A DNA stretch of 64,000 nucleotides from Eubacteriales bacterium (GTDB lineage Bacteria > Bacillota > Clostridia > Oscillospirales > CAG-272): contig JBGVRT010000133.1 in NCBI GenBank assembly GCA_045128735.1, forward strand, positions 22,425 through 86,424, given 5' to 3'. The notes under the pieces are model-generated. The model had not been told where the DNA came from. It did no database searches and worked only from the letters and a program-made list of their open reading frames with translations. Shown piece after piece: positions 33,839 to 42,747 of the stretch. Position 1 is the first letter of the stretch. Each line of letters starts with the position of its first letter. A program made the translations under genes and the position numbers.

Positions 33839-36232
33839 TTATTCTCTCTCGCGCCAAAACCGTCCAACCACTTCGGCAAGCGATGCGGCGTCACCCACGT
33901 AACGCAGGTGATTCCAATGCTTCGGGAACAGCTTTTGGTAGGTGGGCAGACCGTATCTGTCGTCAATAAGCACCACTATTCCCTTGTCCTCTTCACGCCT
34001 TATGACACGTCCCGCCGCCTGAAGAACGTTATTCATTCCCGGGTAGGTGTAAGCGTACTCAAAGCCGTTTTCATAGCGGTTTTCGAAATAGTCCCGCATA
34101 ATATTGCGCTCGCTTGAAAAGCCCGGAAGTCCCACACCCACTATGATACTGCCGATAAGTCGGTTTCCCGGCAGGTCAACGCCCTCCGAGAAGCTTCCGC
34201 CAAGAACGCAGAAGCCTATTCTCATTTTATTCTCATCGTCCTTAAACGATTCAATAAACTCCTCGTGCTGAGCACGGCTCATTCCGCGGCGTTGCACTAT
34301 TGTGCGCACCTTGGGGTATTTTTTCACAAAAGCCTCGTGCACCTTTTCAAGGTAGCCGTAGGACGGAAAATATGCGATATAGTTTCCCGCCTTTGGCGAC
34401 ACCGCCGCCGCTATGCAGGTTGCTATTTTCTTATAGCTTTTATCTCTGTCCTCAAAACGTGTGCTAACGGTGTCAACTGCCGCTACGCAAAGATTTTTTT
34501 GCTCGTATGGCGAGGCAAGCTCAAGGCAAAGCGACTTTTTTCCGCCGCCAAGCAGATCACAGAAATAGGAAAGCGGTGCAAGAGTTGCCGAGAACATCAC
34601 CGACGCGCGACCAAGCGAAAGAATACCGTCAAGGATATCCGATGGGTCAATACAATTAAGCGAAACGGTGGTTTCAGCCCCTGCAAGCTCGACGTAGGTC
34701 ATAAATTTATCGTCGTAATATTCGAGCACGCAATTGAATTTGCGCACCGACGAATAAACGCGGTCAATTATCTCGTAAAATTCGCTGTCCTTATTATATT
34801 TAATCCACTTTTCGAGTCTTTCTCCAAAAGCTATTGATGCCTCGGACACCGACACAACGCTGTTACGGCTTATGTAATAGCCCGTCTCGTTGCCCACTGC
34901 ATCGGTTCGCATATTGTCACGGCAAAGCTTTTTAGTCTCCTTAAGCGCCGATATCATATATGAAAAGCTTTCGCCAAGCTCCGGAACAAAGCTTCCCACT
35001 GCGCTGTACGCCGTCTCGATTTCACACCTCGAAAGAGTAGCCGAATATATCGCTCTCGCTCGGTCAACAAGATTATGCGCCTCGTCTATGAGGAACACGT
35101 ACTCTCCGAAATCACCGGGGCGGTCAAAGTAGCGTTTTATATGAACGAACGGGTCAAAAAGATAGTTGTAGTCACATATTATTATATCGCAAAGCTCCGA
35201 AAGGTCAAGCGACAGCTCATATGGGCAAACGTCGTACTTATTTGCCACCTCTGTAATAACCGACGCGTAAAATCCGTTTTGCTTTGACATCAGCTCCTCT
35301 ATTGCCGCGCCCGCCTTATCCTTGTAGCGTTTGGCGTACTGACAGTCACGCTCGTTGCAATAGCGCGCGTCTCGGCAGCCTCCGTTTTTGGCTTTTTCGG
35401 AGCAGCACATTGCGTCCTTTGAGGAAAGCACCACCGTCTTAAGCTTCGCCCCAGCCTCGCAAAGTCTGCCTGCCGCCGCGTAAGCCTCGCGGGCGGTGTC
35501 GGTCTTTGCGGTAAAATAAAAAATTTTATCGCATCTTCCCTTTCCGAAAGCGCGCACCGCGGGGTAGAGCACAGAAACAGTCTTTCCTATTCCCGTAGGA
35601 GCTTGGGCGAACATTCTGCGTTTTTTGCGAATGACCGAAGCAACGCCCCGCATCATTTCATCCTGTCCCTCACGAATGTCGCTATAGGGGAATTTCAAAT
35701 CAAGCGCGGAGGTGCGCACGCCGGTTTCGTGGAATATTGTGTGATTTATTCTGAACTGCATTGACGACAAGAGGTTTTTTACAGTCGCTTCAAGCTCGGA
35801 AATATAGAATTTCTTTTCATATATTTTAATTTCGCCGTCAGCACTGCTCTTATGCACAACGCGAGTGTATATAACCTCAAGTCCGTCACGAAGGCAGACA
35901 AGATAAGCACAGCATCTTATATATCCCCACAGCTCCTCACGCGGAGGCTTGGCAACGCGTGACGGAGAAACACACCGCACTACGTCAGTGCGCATTCCGC
36001 CTTTCATTTCAATCAGACCGTCAACAACACCCGTAAGCTTGAAATTTCTTGCCATATGTGTAAAACTTTTCGTAACCTCAAGCGATGGATTATATCCGTC
36101 ATTAAGCTCGGTCATCAGATTTACCGCCTCGTCGTCGGCAGAGGTTCTTGTATATTCTCCCACACCGAAGGTATGCAAACAGAGCTCTGCCACAGACAGC
36201 TCAACGCATTTCGTTTCTATATTATATTTCAC
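33839..36232 (-). CDS. ATP-dependent DNA helicase, DinG/XPD (Rad3) family with an Fe-S Cys cluster and a ~190-aa N-terminal extension
   Basis: 797 aa. It has Walker A AQAPTGIGKT, DEAH box (LIDEAHNL) and a four-Cys region (CCSEKAKNGGCRDARYCNERDC). The C-terminal helicase motifs include VLQAAGRVIRRE. Confidence 0.8.
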   Translation of the reverse strand: MKYNIETKCVELSVAELCLHTFGVGEYTRTSADDEAVNLMTELNDGYNPSLEVTKSFTHMARNFKLTGVVDGLIEMKGGMRTDVVRCVSPSRVAKPPREELWGYIRCCAYLVCLRDGLEVIYTRVVHKSSADGEIKIYEKKFYISELEATVKNLLSSMQFRINHTIFHETGVRTSALDLKFPYSDIREGQDEMMRGVASVIRKKRRMFAQAPTGIGKTVSVLYPAVRAFGKGRCDKIFYFTAKTDTAREAYAAAGRLCEAGAKLKTVVLSSKDAMCCSEKAKNGGCRDARYCNERDCQYAKRYKDKAGAAIEELMSKQNGFYASVITEVANKYDVCPYELSLDLSELCDIIICDYNYLFDPFVHIKRYFDRPGDFGEYVFLIDEAHNLVDRARAIYSATLSRCEIETAYSAVGSFVPELGESFSYMISALKETKKLCRDNMRTDAVGNETGYYISRNSVVSVSEASIAFGERLEKWIKYNKDSEFYEIIDRVYSSVRKFNCVLEYYDDKFMTYVELAGAETTVSLNCIDPSDILDGILSLGRASVMFSATLAPLSYFCDLLGGGKKSLCLELASPYEQKNLCVAAVDTVSTRFEDRDKSYKKIATCIAAAVSPKAGNYIAYFPSYGYLEKVHEAFVKKYPKVRTIVQRRGMSRAQHEEFIESFKDDENKMRIGFCVLGGSFSEGVDLPGNRLIGSIIVGVGLPGFSSERNIMRDYFENRYENGFEYAYTYPGMNNVLQAAGRVIRREEDKGIVVLIDDRYGLPTYQKLFPKHWNHLRYVGDAASLAEVVGRFWRERE

Positions 36233-36402
36233 GGCAAAGCCCTCCTTTCCCTCGGGTATTCTGAGTTTTCTTAGATAAGTATATCACATATTTGCCAATT
36301 CGTCAACGCTTTTGAATTTTTCCATTATTTTAGGGGTTACATTTTTTCACGAAATAGATTATAATTATATCAGACACGAAAATTTTACAAGGAGGTAACA
36401 AC

Positions 36403-37053
36403 GTGGAGCTGATAATGATAAGCTCAAGCAAGCTGAAAATAATGCTTTCTGCTGACGATATGCAAAAGTACGCGCTTGACGCGGACGTAAACTATGCCGA
36501 CTCAAAAACAAGAAGGGCTTTCAGGACAATCCTCGAGGAAGCCAAACAAAAGACGGGATTTGACGCTGAGAGCGAAAAGATATTTATTCAGCTCTACCCC
36601 TCAAAAAAGGGCGGTTGCGAGGTGTACATAACGAAGATAGACGATGACACCGATGCTGAATACGCAGAGCTTTCGCTAAAGCTCTACGGAGAGTCAAAAT
36701 GCGGACGGAAAAGCTCCGAAAAAAGTTCGGGAATAATCCCATCCTCCAAAAAGCAGGTGGCGAGGGAGAGACGGCGCGCCTATTCATTTTCGTCTCTTGA
36801 GGACCTTTTAGCCGTATGCCGCCGTCTGAAGCTGATAAAGTGGAAGGGGCAAAGCAGCGCGTACAGCGAAAACGGCAGATTTTATATTACCTTGAAGGAC
36901 AAAGGCTGCTCTGACAGCTTGCACATCGACCGACTTTATTTCATATCCGAGTACGGCACTTTTGAAAACCACGACCGACTCAGCAAAAGCCTGCCCGAGC
37001 ACGCAACCTGCATTTGTGAGCGCGACGCAGTGGAAAAGCTTGGCGCTCTTTAG
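36403..37053 (+). CDS. mecA: MecA-like adaptor protein
   Basis: 216 aa from GTG 36403, 6 nt after GGAGGT. The N-terminus (ISSSKLKIMLSADDMQKYALD ... IFIQLYPSKKGGCEVYITK) aligns by eye with B. subtilis MecA. So does the C-terminus (FSSLEDLLAVCRRLK ... YSENGRFYITL ... ISEYGT). Confidence 0.65.
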   Translation: MELIMISSSKLKIMLSADDMQKYALDADVNYADSKTRRAFRTILEEAKQKTGFDAESEKIFIQLYPSKKGGCEVYITKIDDDTDAEYAELSLKLYGESKCGRKSSEKSSGIIPSSKKQVARERRRAYSFSSLEDLLAVCRRLKLIKWKGQSSAYSENGRFYITLKDKGCSDSLHIDRLYFISEYGTFENHDRLSKSLPEHATCICERDAVEKLGAL

Positions 37054-37091
37054 CAAAAAGCTCGGAAATTGTCGGAAATTTTAATAAGCTA

Positions 37092-37120
37092 TTGAAAAAT
37101 TTATCCTCTTGTGTTATAAT
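37092..37120 (+). promoter_or_regulatory. Predicted promoter of the udg / AEC-transporter operon
   Basis: TTGAAA (37092-37097), 17 nt, TGtTATAAT (37112-37120). The track ORF start at 37092 lies inside this promoter. Confidence 0.55.
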
Positions 37121-37151
37121 GTATAAGATATATTTTCACACAGGAGATATT

Positions 37152-37718
37152 ATGGAAACACTCGAATTATTATATGAAAAATGTGCGGAATGTAAAGGCT
37201 GTGCCCTTCACGAATCGCGCACAAACTGCGTTTTCGGATACGGAAACCCCAATGCCGACCTTATGTTTGTCGGTGAAGCCCCCGGCGAGCAGGAGGATCT
37301 CAAGGGAATTCCCTTTGTTGGCCGCGCGGGTCAGTTGCTTGACAAATTTCTCTACGCTGTTGACATCAACCGCGAGGACGTATACATTGCCAACATTCTC
37401 AAATGCCGTCCGCCAAAGAACCGCGACCCTCTGCCCGAGGAGGAGGAGGCTTGCATAGGTTATCTGCGGGAGCAGGTAAAGATTATCAAGCCCAAAATGA
37501 TAGTTTGCCTTGGCAGAATTTCAGCGATGAAGCTTATCAAGCCCGATTTCAAGATAACACAAGAACACGGAAAGTGGTTTGAAAAGGGACCATTCCTTAT
37601 GTGCGCTGTCTACCACCCTGCACTCCTGCTCCGCGACCCGCGAAAAAAGGACGATATGCTTATTGATATGAAAGCCATCAAGGCAAAGCTTGACCAGCTT
37701 TGCGAGGAGGAAAAATGA
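37152..37718 (+). CDS. udg: Uracil-DNA glycosylase, family 4
   Basis: [54 protein letters not shown] plus NILKCRPP and HPA motifs. The start is at ATG 37152 after AGGAG. Confidence 0.9.
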   Translation: METLELLYEKCAECKGCALHESRTNCVFGYGNPNADLMFVGEAPGEQEDLKGIPFVGRAGQLLDKFLYAVDINREDVYIANILKCRPPKNRDPLPEEEEACIGYLREQVKIIKPKMIVCLGRISAMKLIKPDFKITQEHGKWFEKGPFLMCAVYHPALLLRDPRKKDDMLIDMKAIKAKLDQLCEEEK

Positions 37719-38662
37719 GCATTCCCTTTGAACAGTTCCTTAACGTTATTGCAACTATATTTTTCCTTTTGGCTGTTGGCTACATTATTCAAAAGCTCGG
37801 AATAGTTGACGACGTATCCTCAAACCGACTTTCAAAGCTTATTGTCGGCATTGCACAGCCAATGCTGATTTTCTCCTCACTTATCGGAATGGAGTTTTCG
37901 CCAGACACCGCAAAATCCGGCTTCAGAATGCTTCTCATCGGTCTTGGCGTTCACGCGTTAATGGCGGTTTTCGCCTACTTCTCCTGCAGTTGGATAAGAG
38001 ACCTTAACGAGCGAAAGATTACCGAGTTTGCCATGGTGCTTGGAAACTGCGGATTTATCGGATTTCCCATCTTCGAGTCGCTTTTCGGTGACGAGGGACT
38101 TTTCCTCGGCGCATTTTTCATAATCAGCTTTCAGTTGACTCTTTGGACTTGGGGAGTTATGATATTCGCCCGCAAGCGAAGTGACATCAAAATAAGCATC
38201 AAGCAAATACTTATAAACAAAGGCACGGTGCCCTGCGTAATAGGCTTGATTTTCTTCTTCCTCGGCAATCCTCTGCCCGAATTCTTAGTAAGCGGATGCG
38301 ATTATCTCGCCTCGCTTTGCACACCTATCTCGGTGCTTATCACAGGTGCGCTTATTGCCACAAAGCCCATAAAGGAGTTCTTCACACTACCAAAGCTTTA
38401 CTACCTTTCATTTATGAAGCTGTTGGTGCTTCCCATTGCCGTCTGCGCAATTATGTCTATATTCAACTTTGACGCGGACACAATAATATTCTGCACCATT
38501 GCGGCGGCAATGCCCTCGGCGGCTATTGCTTCGATGTTCGGTTCTATCTATTCGGTGTCGCCGTCCTACGCATCGCAGGCCGTGGGATTTACCACACTTT
38601 TATCCATAGGCACTATGCCTTGCACGCTTCTTATTGCGCCAAAAATAATAGAATGGCTTTAA
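37715..38662 (+). CDS. AEC (auxin efflux carrier) family transporter
   Basis: A ~315-aa polytopic protein with an N-terminus typical of the Mem_trans family (FLNVIATIFFLLAVGYIIQKLGIV). Its ATG overlaps the udg stop (ATGA). Confidence 0.7.
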   Translation: MSIPFEQFLNVIATIFFLLAVGYIIQKLGIVDDVSSNRLSKLIVGIAQPMLIFSSLIGMEFSPDTAKSGFRMLLIGLGVHALMAVFAYFSCSWIRDLNERKITEFAMVLGNCGFIGFPIFESLFGDEGLFLGAFFIISFQLTLWTWGVMIFARKRSDIKISIKQILINKGTVPCVIGLIFFFLGNPLPEFLVSGCDYLASLCTPISVLITGALIATKPIKEFFTLPKLYYLSFMKLLVLPIAVCAIMSIFNFDADTIIFCTIAAAMPSAAIASMFGSIYSVSPSYASQAVGFTTLLSIGTMPCTLLIAPKIIEWL

Positions 38663-38678
38663 TATTAAACACGAATTA

Positions 38679-38710
38679 CGGCTGAGCCTTTGACTCAGCC
38701 GTGATTTTTT
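38679..38710. terminator. Bidirectional intrinsic terminator
   Basis: CGGCTGAG-cctttga-CTCAGCCG followed by TGATTTTTT, between convergent genes. Confidence 0.7.
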
Positions 38711-40127
38711 ATGCGTCTTTCTTTTTTACTCTGAACAGCAATGCCGCCATTCCCTTGGGAGAAAACGGAATAAGTGGGTAGAGGTAATTGCGCTTTCCGT
38801 TTGCCGTTTTGTTTGTTGCGATAAGCGTAATTATAATAACCGTTCCTATTGCAAGTCCATACACGTCGAAAAGCGCGATGAGAACAAGCAATATTATTCG
38901 CATAAACTTAAATGCGTAACCGAGCTGATAATTGCGCTGTGAAAAGTTGGCTATCGAAACAAACGCCATATAGAGAATAACCTCGGGGATAAGCCAACCT
39001 ATTTCTATAGCGAAGTCCCCCAATATAAGACCGCCGATAACCGAAAGCGAGTTTGACAGCATATCGGGAGTATTCATTGATGCCATACGAAGTCCGTCAA
39101 TAACAAATTCCACAAGCAAAAGCTGTGCGAGAATCGGAATTTTGCCAGCCTCCTGCGGCAGAGCAAACTGCAACCAGTCGGGTACAAGCTCGGGATTTTT
39201 AGTCATTAGATACCACACGGGTGTCAGAAACATTGTCAGCCACATTATTATTTGCCTTACGATTCTTAAAAAGCTACCCGTAAACGGCGGAAAATAATAG
39301 TCGTTTGTCTCCTGCAAGAACTCAAATATGGTGGTGGGCAACATCATAACCTCAGGAGAATTATCGACGATTATCATAAGTCCGCCCTCCATAATCTGCG
39401 CGGCAGCGGTATCGGGGCGCTCTGTGGTGCGTATTTTGGGAAACGGATTATACCAGCCGCTTTTTATCAAGCATTCGGCAAGCGACTGATGTCCAAGCGA
39501 CAGCGACTCGGTCTTTATTTCATTAAGCTTTCTGCTTATTTTGGCTACGTAATCCATATCGGCGCGGTCGGACATATAGCACAGCACCACGTCGGTTTTG
39601 GACACGCTTCCCACGGTAAAATGCTTCATTGTCAGCGCGGTGTCTCTTATGCGGCGGCGTATGAGGGCTGTGTTGAAAATAAGACCTTCAACAAATCCGT
39701 CGCGCGCGCCAAGCATAACGCGGTCGTTTTGCGGCTCACCAATTGAGCGTGCGGGATAAGTTCGCGCGTCAATTATAATCGCCTTATCCTCAAAGCTACT
39801 GCCAATCATCAGTGCCGCGCCAGAAAGGGTCATTTGTATCATTGTGTCAAGCGACTCACACAAATCTGTCTCCACGTACGCCGCCGCACTTTCGGCGAAT
39901 TTTTGGGCGGCGCTCGGCGAGCTTTCGCCCAAGCCCTTAAGCGCAACAAAGCTGAGCATCAGTTTACTCATTATTGCGTCCTTAATAAAGCCGTCCAGAT
40001 AGTAAAACGTAAGCTCATCCTGCCCCACCGCAAGTGTCTTCTTTATTATATCAAAATTTTCTTCCACCCGAAACAGATTGTCAAGTCTTTGCACGTTATC
40101 TTTGTAATCGGTTGATAATCTTTTCAT
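38709..40127 (-). CDS. GerA-family spore germination protein (A subunit / SpoVAF-like), orphan
   Basis: 472 aa. The soluble N-domain (TFYYLDGFIKD, ARTYPARSIGEPQNDRVMLGARDGFVE, LIRRRIRD) and the C-terminal membrane domain match GerAA/SpoVAF-type proteins. No B or C subunit gene is adjacent. Confidence 0.75.
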   Translation of the reverse strand: MKRLSTDYKDNVQRLDNLFRVEENFDIIKKTLAVGQDELTFYYLDGFIKDAIMSKLMLSFVALKGLGESSPSAAQKFAESAAAYVETDLCESLDTMIQMTLSGAALMIGSSFEDKAIIIDARTYPARSIGEPQNDRVMLGARDGFVEGLIFNTALIRRRIRDTALTMKHFTVGSVSKTDVVLCYMSDRADMDYVAKISRKLNEIKTESLSLGHQSLAECLIKSGWYNPFPKIRTTERPDTAAAQIMEGGLMIIVDNSPEVMMLPTTIFEFLQETNDYYFPPFTGSFLRIVRQIIMWLTMFLTPVWYLMTKNPELVPDWLQFALPQEAGKIPILAQLLLVEFVIDGLRMASMNTPDMLSNSLSVIGGLILGDFAIEIGWLIPEVILYMAFVSIANFSQRNYQLGYAFKFMRIILLVLIALFDVYGLAIGTVIIITLIATNKTANGKRNYLYPLIPFSPKGMAALLFRVKKKDA

Positions 40128-40204
40128 CGCTTCCTCCGAATTTTATTAACAAGATTATTCTTGCCAAAGGAAGCAGATTTTATCCAAGCGAGGAAAAAAG
40201 AGTA

Positions 40205-40243
40205 TAAAAAACAAGATTGCTTCCCGACCAATTCGGAAAGCAA
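40205..40243 (-). terminator. Intrinsic terminator after the CBM9-like gene
   Basis: Minus strand: TTGCTTTCCGA-attgg-TCGGGAAGCAA followed by TCTTGTTTTTT. Confidence 0.6.
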
Positions 40244-40271
40244 CCTTGCTATGAATATTTATTTTAACTAA

Positions 40272-41147
40272 TTACTTAGCTCTTCTTCTGAGAGAAACAA
40301 GTGCTGTTGCGCCAAGTGCAAGTGCAGCAACCATAGCTACTACAACGTAGATGATAGTTGTATCAGCTGTGTAGGGAGCGTAGTTGAACTTGATGTAACC
40401 CAACTTGCTAACCATCCACTGGTTGAAACCGTTAACGGGGTCAGAGGATACCATGATACGGGTAGCAAGCTCGCCTGTAGAGTCGTAGTCGTTGATCATA
40501 AGACCGAAGGAGATGTACTCGCCGATCTCATACTTGTCATCGGGAATGTCAATTCTAAACTCGCAGTCATAACCCTTATCGGTGTGCTTAGCTGTACCCT
40601 GAAGCCAGTTTACGGGGTTGGGAGAGCCCTGCTCTGCAGTACCCTGCATTGTTGTACCGGACTGACCAAGTCTTGCAGAGATGTAACCCTCGTGAGATAC
40701 ACGGGACTGGTAGGGAGTGTCGTCAGCAACGTTAAGACCGCTGTTATCCCAGTCAACAAGGATCTCTACGCTATCCTCGGTGTACTTGGACGTAAGCGCA
40801 TCGGGAGCCTTTGTGTTAAGTGTAGCATCGGTTACTTCAACGTAAACCCAGATGTACTGTGTATCGTATACAATGTATGCAACGCCCTCTGCGGGAGCCT
40901 CGCCGTTTTCACGGGGATAGAACTCCCAGGGTGTGCCGTCCTGCTTCTTGGACACATAGTTGACCGGAATGGGAGTAGCTGCGTCGTAAACAGACTCCTT
41001 AACTGCGTCAAGTCTGATGGACTTTCTCTCAACGTTTGCGATTTCGCCGTAATTGTGGTAGCCTTCACCTGTCATTGCGCTTGTAGCAAGAGCAAATGTA
41101 GCTGCGAGCATCATTACAACGAGAACCAAGCTCAAAAACTTTTTCAT
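40272..41147 (-). CDS. Secreted, C-terminally membrane-anchored protein with a CBM9-like (DOMON-like) carbohydrate-binding domain
   Basis: Signal peptide MKKFLSLVLVVMMLAATFALATSA. An EDSVEILVDWDN motif resembles the DSVEIFID signature of CBM9. A C-terminal TM segment is followed by RRRAK. Confidence 0.5.
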   Translation of the reverse strand: MKKFLSLVLVVMMLAATFALATSAMTGEGYHNYGEIANVERKSIRLDAVKESVYDAATPIPVNYVSKKQDGTPWEFYPRENGEAPAEGVAYIVYDTQYIWVYVEVTDATLNTKAPDALTSKYTEDSVEILVDWDNSGLNVADDTPYQSRVSHEGYISARLGQSGTTMQGTAEQGSPNPVNWLQGTAKHTDKGYDCEFRIDIPDDKYEIGEYISFGLMINDYDSTGELATRIMVSSDPVNGFNQWMVSKLGYIKFNYAPYTADTTIIYVVVAMVAALALGATALVSLRRRAK

Positions 41148-41256
41148 AATATGTTCTCCTTATCTGTTTTCGTCGGACCTCGCCGACATAATTGTTTTTA
41201 GCAGATGAAACGTAAAGCATAAATTGCCCAACACAACATCCGCTTATACACATCGG

Positions 41257-41285
41257 TATTTTACCACATCCTAAGCTTTTTGTCA
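41257..41285 (-). promoter_or_regulatory. Sigma-A promoter of the CBM9-like gene
   Basis: Minus strand: TTGACA (41285..41280), 17 nt, TGgTAAAAT (41265..41257). Confidence 0.6.
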
Positions 41286-41373
41286 ATACATTTTTATATT
41301 TTCGTCCAAATAAATAAACAAGTGCGCAAATGTTTGTACAATTTGACAATGCTTTTCTGTTGACAAATTTGCA

Positions 41374-41410
41374 ACAAACTGTTGATTTTTCAACAAGTTT
41401 GTGGTATAAT
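41374..41410 (+). promoter_or_regulatory. Promoter of the E2-like gene, overlapped by a 12-bp inverted repeat (candidate operator)
   Basis: TTGATT (41382-41387), 17 nt, TGgTATAAT (41402-41410). The inverted repeat ACAAACTGTTGA (41374-41385) / TCAACaAGTTTGT (41390-41402) spans the -35 box. Confidence 0.5.
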
Positions 41411-41463
41411 TGCTGTATATGAACAAATTTCCGCCACAGAAACCCGATTTTAAGGAGATTTTA

Positions 41464-42450
41464 ATGAACGAAATCAAGACAAATGATGTTGAAGCGGTAA
41501 AGGAAGAAGTTGTTGAGGTCATCGACACGCCCACCGAAGAAACCGACACAAAAAAGAAAAAGAAGGACCCGCGCAGAAGAAGAAGGATACGCGGCGACCG
41601 CTCCGACGGCAGAAAGATAAGAACGTCAAGCCCTATGCTCAAGGCTACGCCCTACATTATGGCAAGGAGAAGCGACGCGCTTAACACTTATGCCGACAGC
41701 TTTGACGTTACCGAAATCGACAAGTTCTGCCGCAGAAAGGTAAAAGAGGGCTACACCAATTTCGGATTTCTTCACGTTTTTCTTGCTGCTTACATAAGAA
41801 CGGTATCCCAGCGTCCCGGAATCAACCGCTTTATAAGCGGACAAAAGCTTTATTCGCGTGACGACGAGATAATAGTTGTAATGACCATCAAGCGAAATAT
41901 GACGCTTGAAGCGAACGACACCTGCATTAAGGTACGCTTCTCGCCTACCGACACGGTTGACGACGTATACAGAAAGTTTGACGAGATAGTTCAGGCAAAC
42001 AACTCCGAGGGCGAGACCAATTCCTTTGATAAGGTAAACAAGCTTTTGCTTCTCATTCCCGGTCTGCTGCTAAGATGGACGGTAAAGTTCTTGTTCTTCC
42101 TGGACTACTTCGGCTGGCTACCCAAAAAGCTGCTTGAGGTTAGCCCCTTCCACGGCTCGCTGATAATTACAAGTATGGGCTCGCTTGGAATCAAGCCCGT
42201 ATACCACCACATTTACGATTTCGGCAACCTTCCCATATTCGTTGCTTACGGCGCAAAGCGCAGTGAGATAACACTTGATAAGGACGGAAGCCCTATCAGA
42301 AAGAGGTATATAGATATAAAGGTAGTAACCGACGAAAGAATATGCGACGGCTTCTACTACGCGTCCGCGTTCAAGCTTATGAGACGCTTTATTGAGCATC
42401 CCGAGGTGCTTGAGACACCTCCCGAAACGGTAGTTCCCGATATAGATTAA
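41464..42450 (+). CDS. 2-oxoacid dehydrogenase E2 / CAT-fold acyltransferase-domain protein, without lipoyl domain and with catalytic His replaced
   Basis: 328 aa from ATG 41464, 6 nt after AAGGAG. The C-terminus aligns by eye with E2 catalytic domains (GSLIITSMGSLGIKP ... IKVVTDERICDGFYYASAFKLMRRFIEHP). The DHRxxDG motif reads DERICDG. The N-terminal ~50 aa are disordered and polybasic (KKKKKDPRRRRRIRGDRSDGRK). Confidence 0.6.
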   Translation: MNEIKTNDVEAVKEEVVEVIDTPTEETDTKKKKKDPRRRRRIRGDRSDGRKIRTSSPMLKATPYIMARRSDALNTYADSFDVTEIDKFCRRKVKEGYTNFGFLHVFLAAYIRTVSQRPGINRFISGQKLYSRDDEIIVVMTIKRNMTLEANDTCIKVRFSPTDTVDDVYRKFDEIVQANNSEGETNSFDKVNKLLLLIPGLLLRWTVKFLFFLDYFGWLPKKLLEVSPFHGSLIITSMGSLGIKPVYHHIYDFGNLPIFVAYGAKRSEITLDKDGSPIRKRYIDIKVVTDERICDGFYYASAFKLMRRFIEHPEVLETPPETVVPDID

Positions 42451-42487
42451 TTTTTTTGAAATATTTTGAATTTTTTTCAAAAAGCCA

Positions 42488-42515
42488 TTGACAACACAAA
42501 AAAAATGTGGTATCA
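42488..42515 (+). promoter_or_regulatory. Sigma-A promoter of the small peptide gene
   Basis: TTGACA (42488-42493), 16 nt, TGgTATCAT (42507-42515). Confidence 0.6.
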
Positions 42516-42562
42516 TATGGTTGTAAATATTTTTGATTATTATTCAGGAGGCTGATATACCA

Positions 42563-42733
42563 ATGAAAAAGTTGTACGTTTCTCCCGAGGCAGTTAAGGT
42601 AAATTTCGAAGCTAACGATATCATCGCTGTAAGCGGTATGCTTGTTAAGAGCACTTGGAACGGTTGGGGCGATACTGAAGGCATTATGTCTATTAGCTGG
42701 GATCAGCTTATCGGCAACACAACCAACGAGTAA
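42563..42733 (+). CDS. 56-aa Trp-rich small protein / candidate precursor peptide
   Basis: MKKLYVSPEAVKVNFEANDIIAVSGMLVKSTWNGWGDTEGIMSISWDQLIGNTTNE. ATG 42563 lies 11 nt after AGGAGG. It has its own promoter and terminator. The track ORF start (TTG 42533) has no SD. Confidence 0.55.
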   Translation: MKKLYVSPEAVKVNFEANDIIAVSGMLVKSTWNGWGDTEGIMSISWDQLIGNTTNE

Positions 42734-42747
42734 TTGCCACGAAAAAA

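Noticed and set aside
42563-42733. Interpreting the small peptide as a lasso-peptide or sactipeptide precursor
   Set aside because: There is a YxxP-type leader resemblance only. No lasso cyclase/protease, RRE or radical SAM maturase is adjacent. There are no Cys residues. No Gly/Ser-1 with Asp/Glu at position 7-9 follows the putative cleavage site. It is kept as an unclassified candidate precursor.
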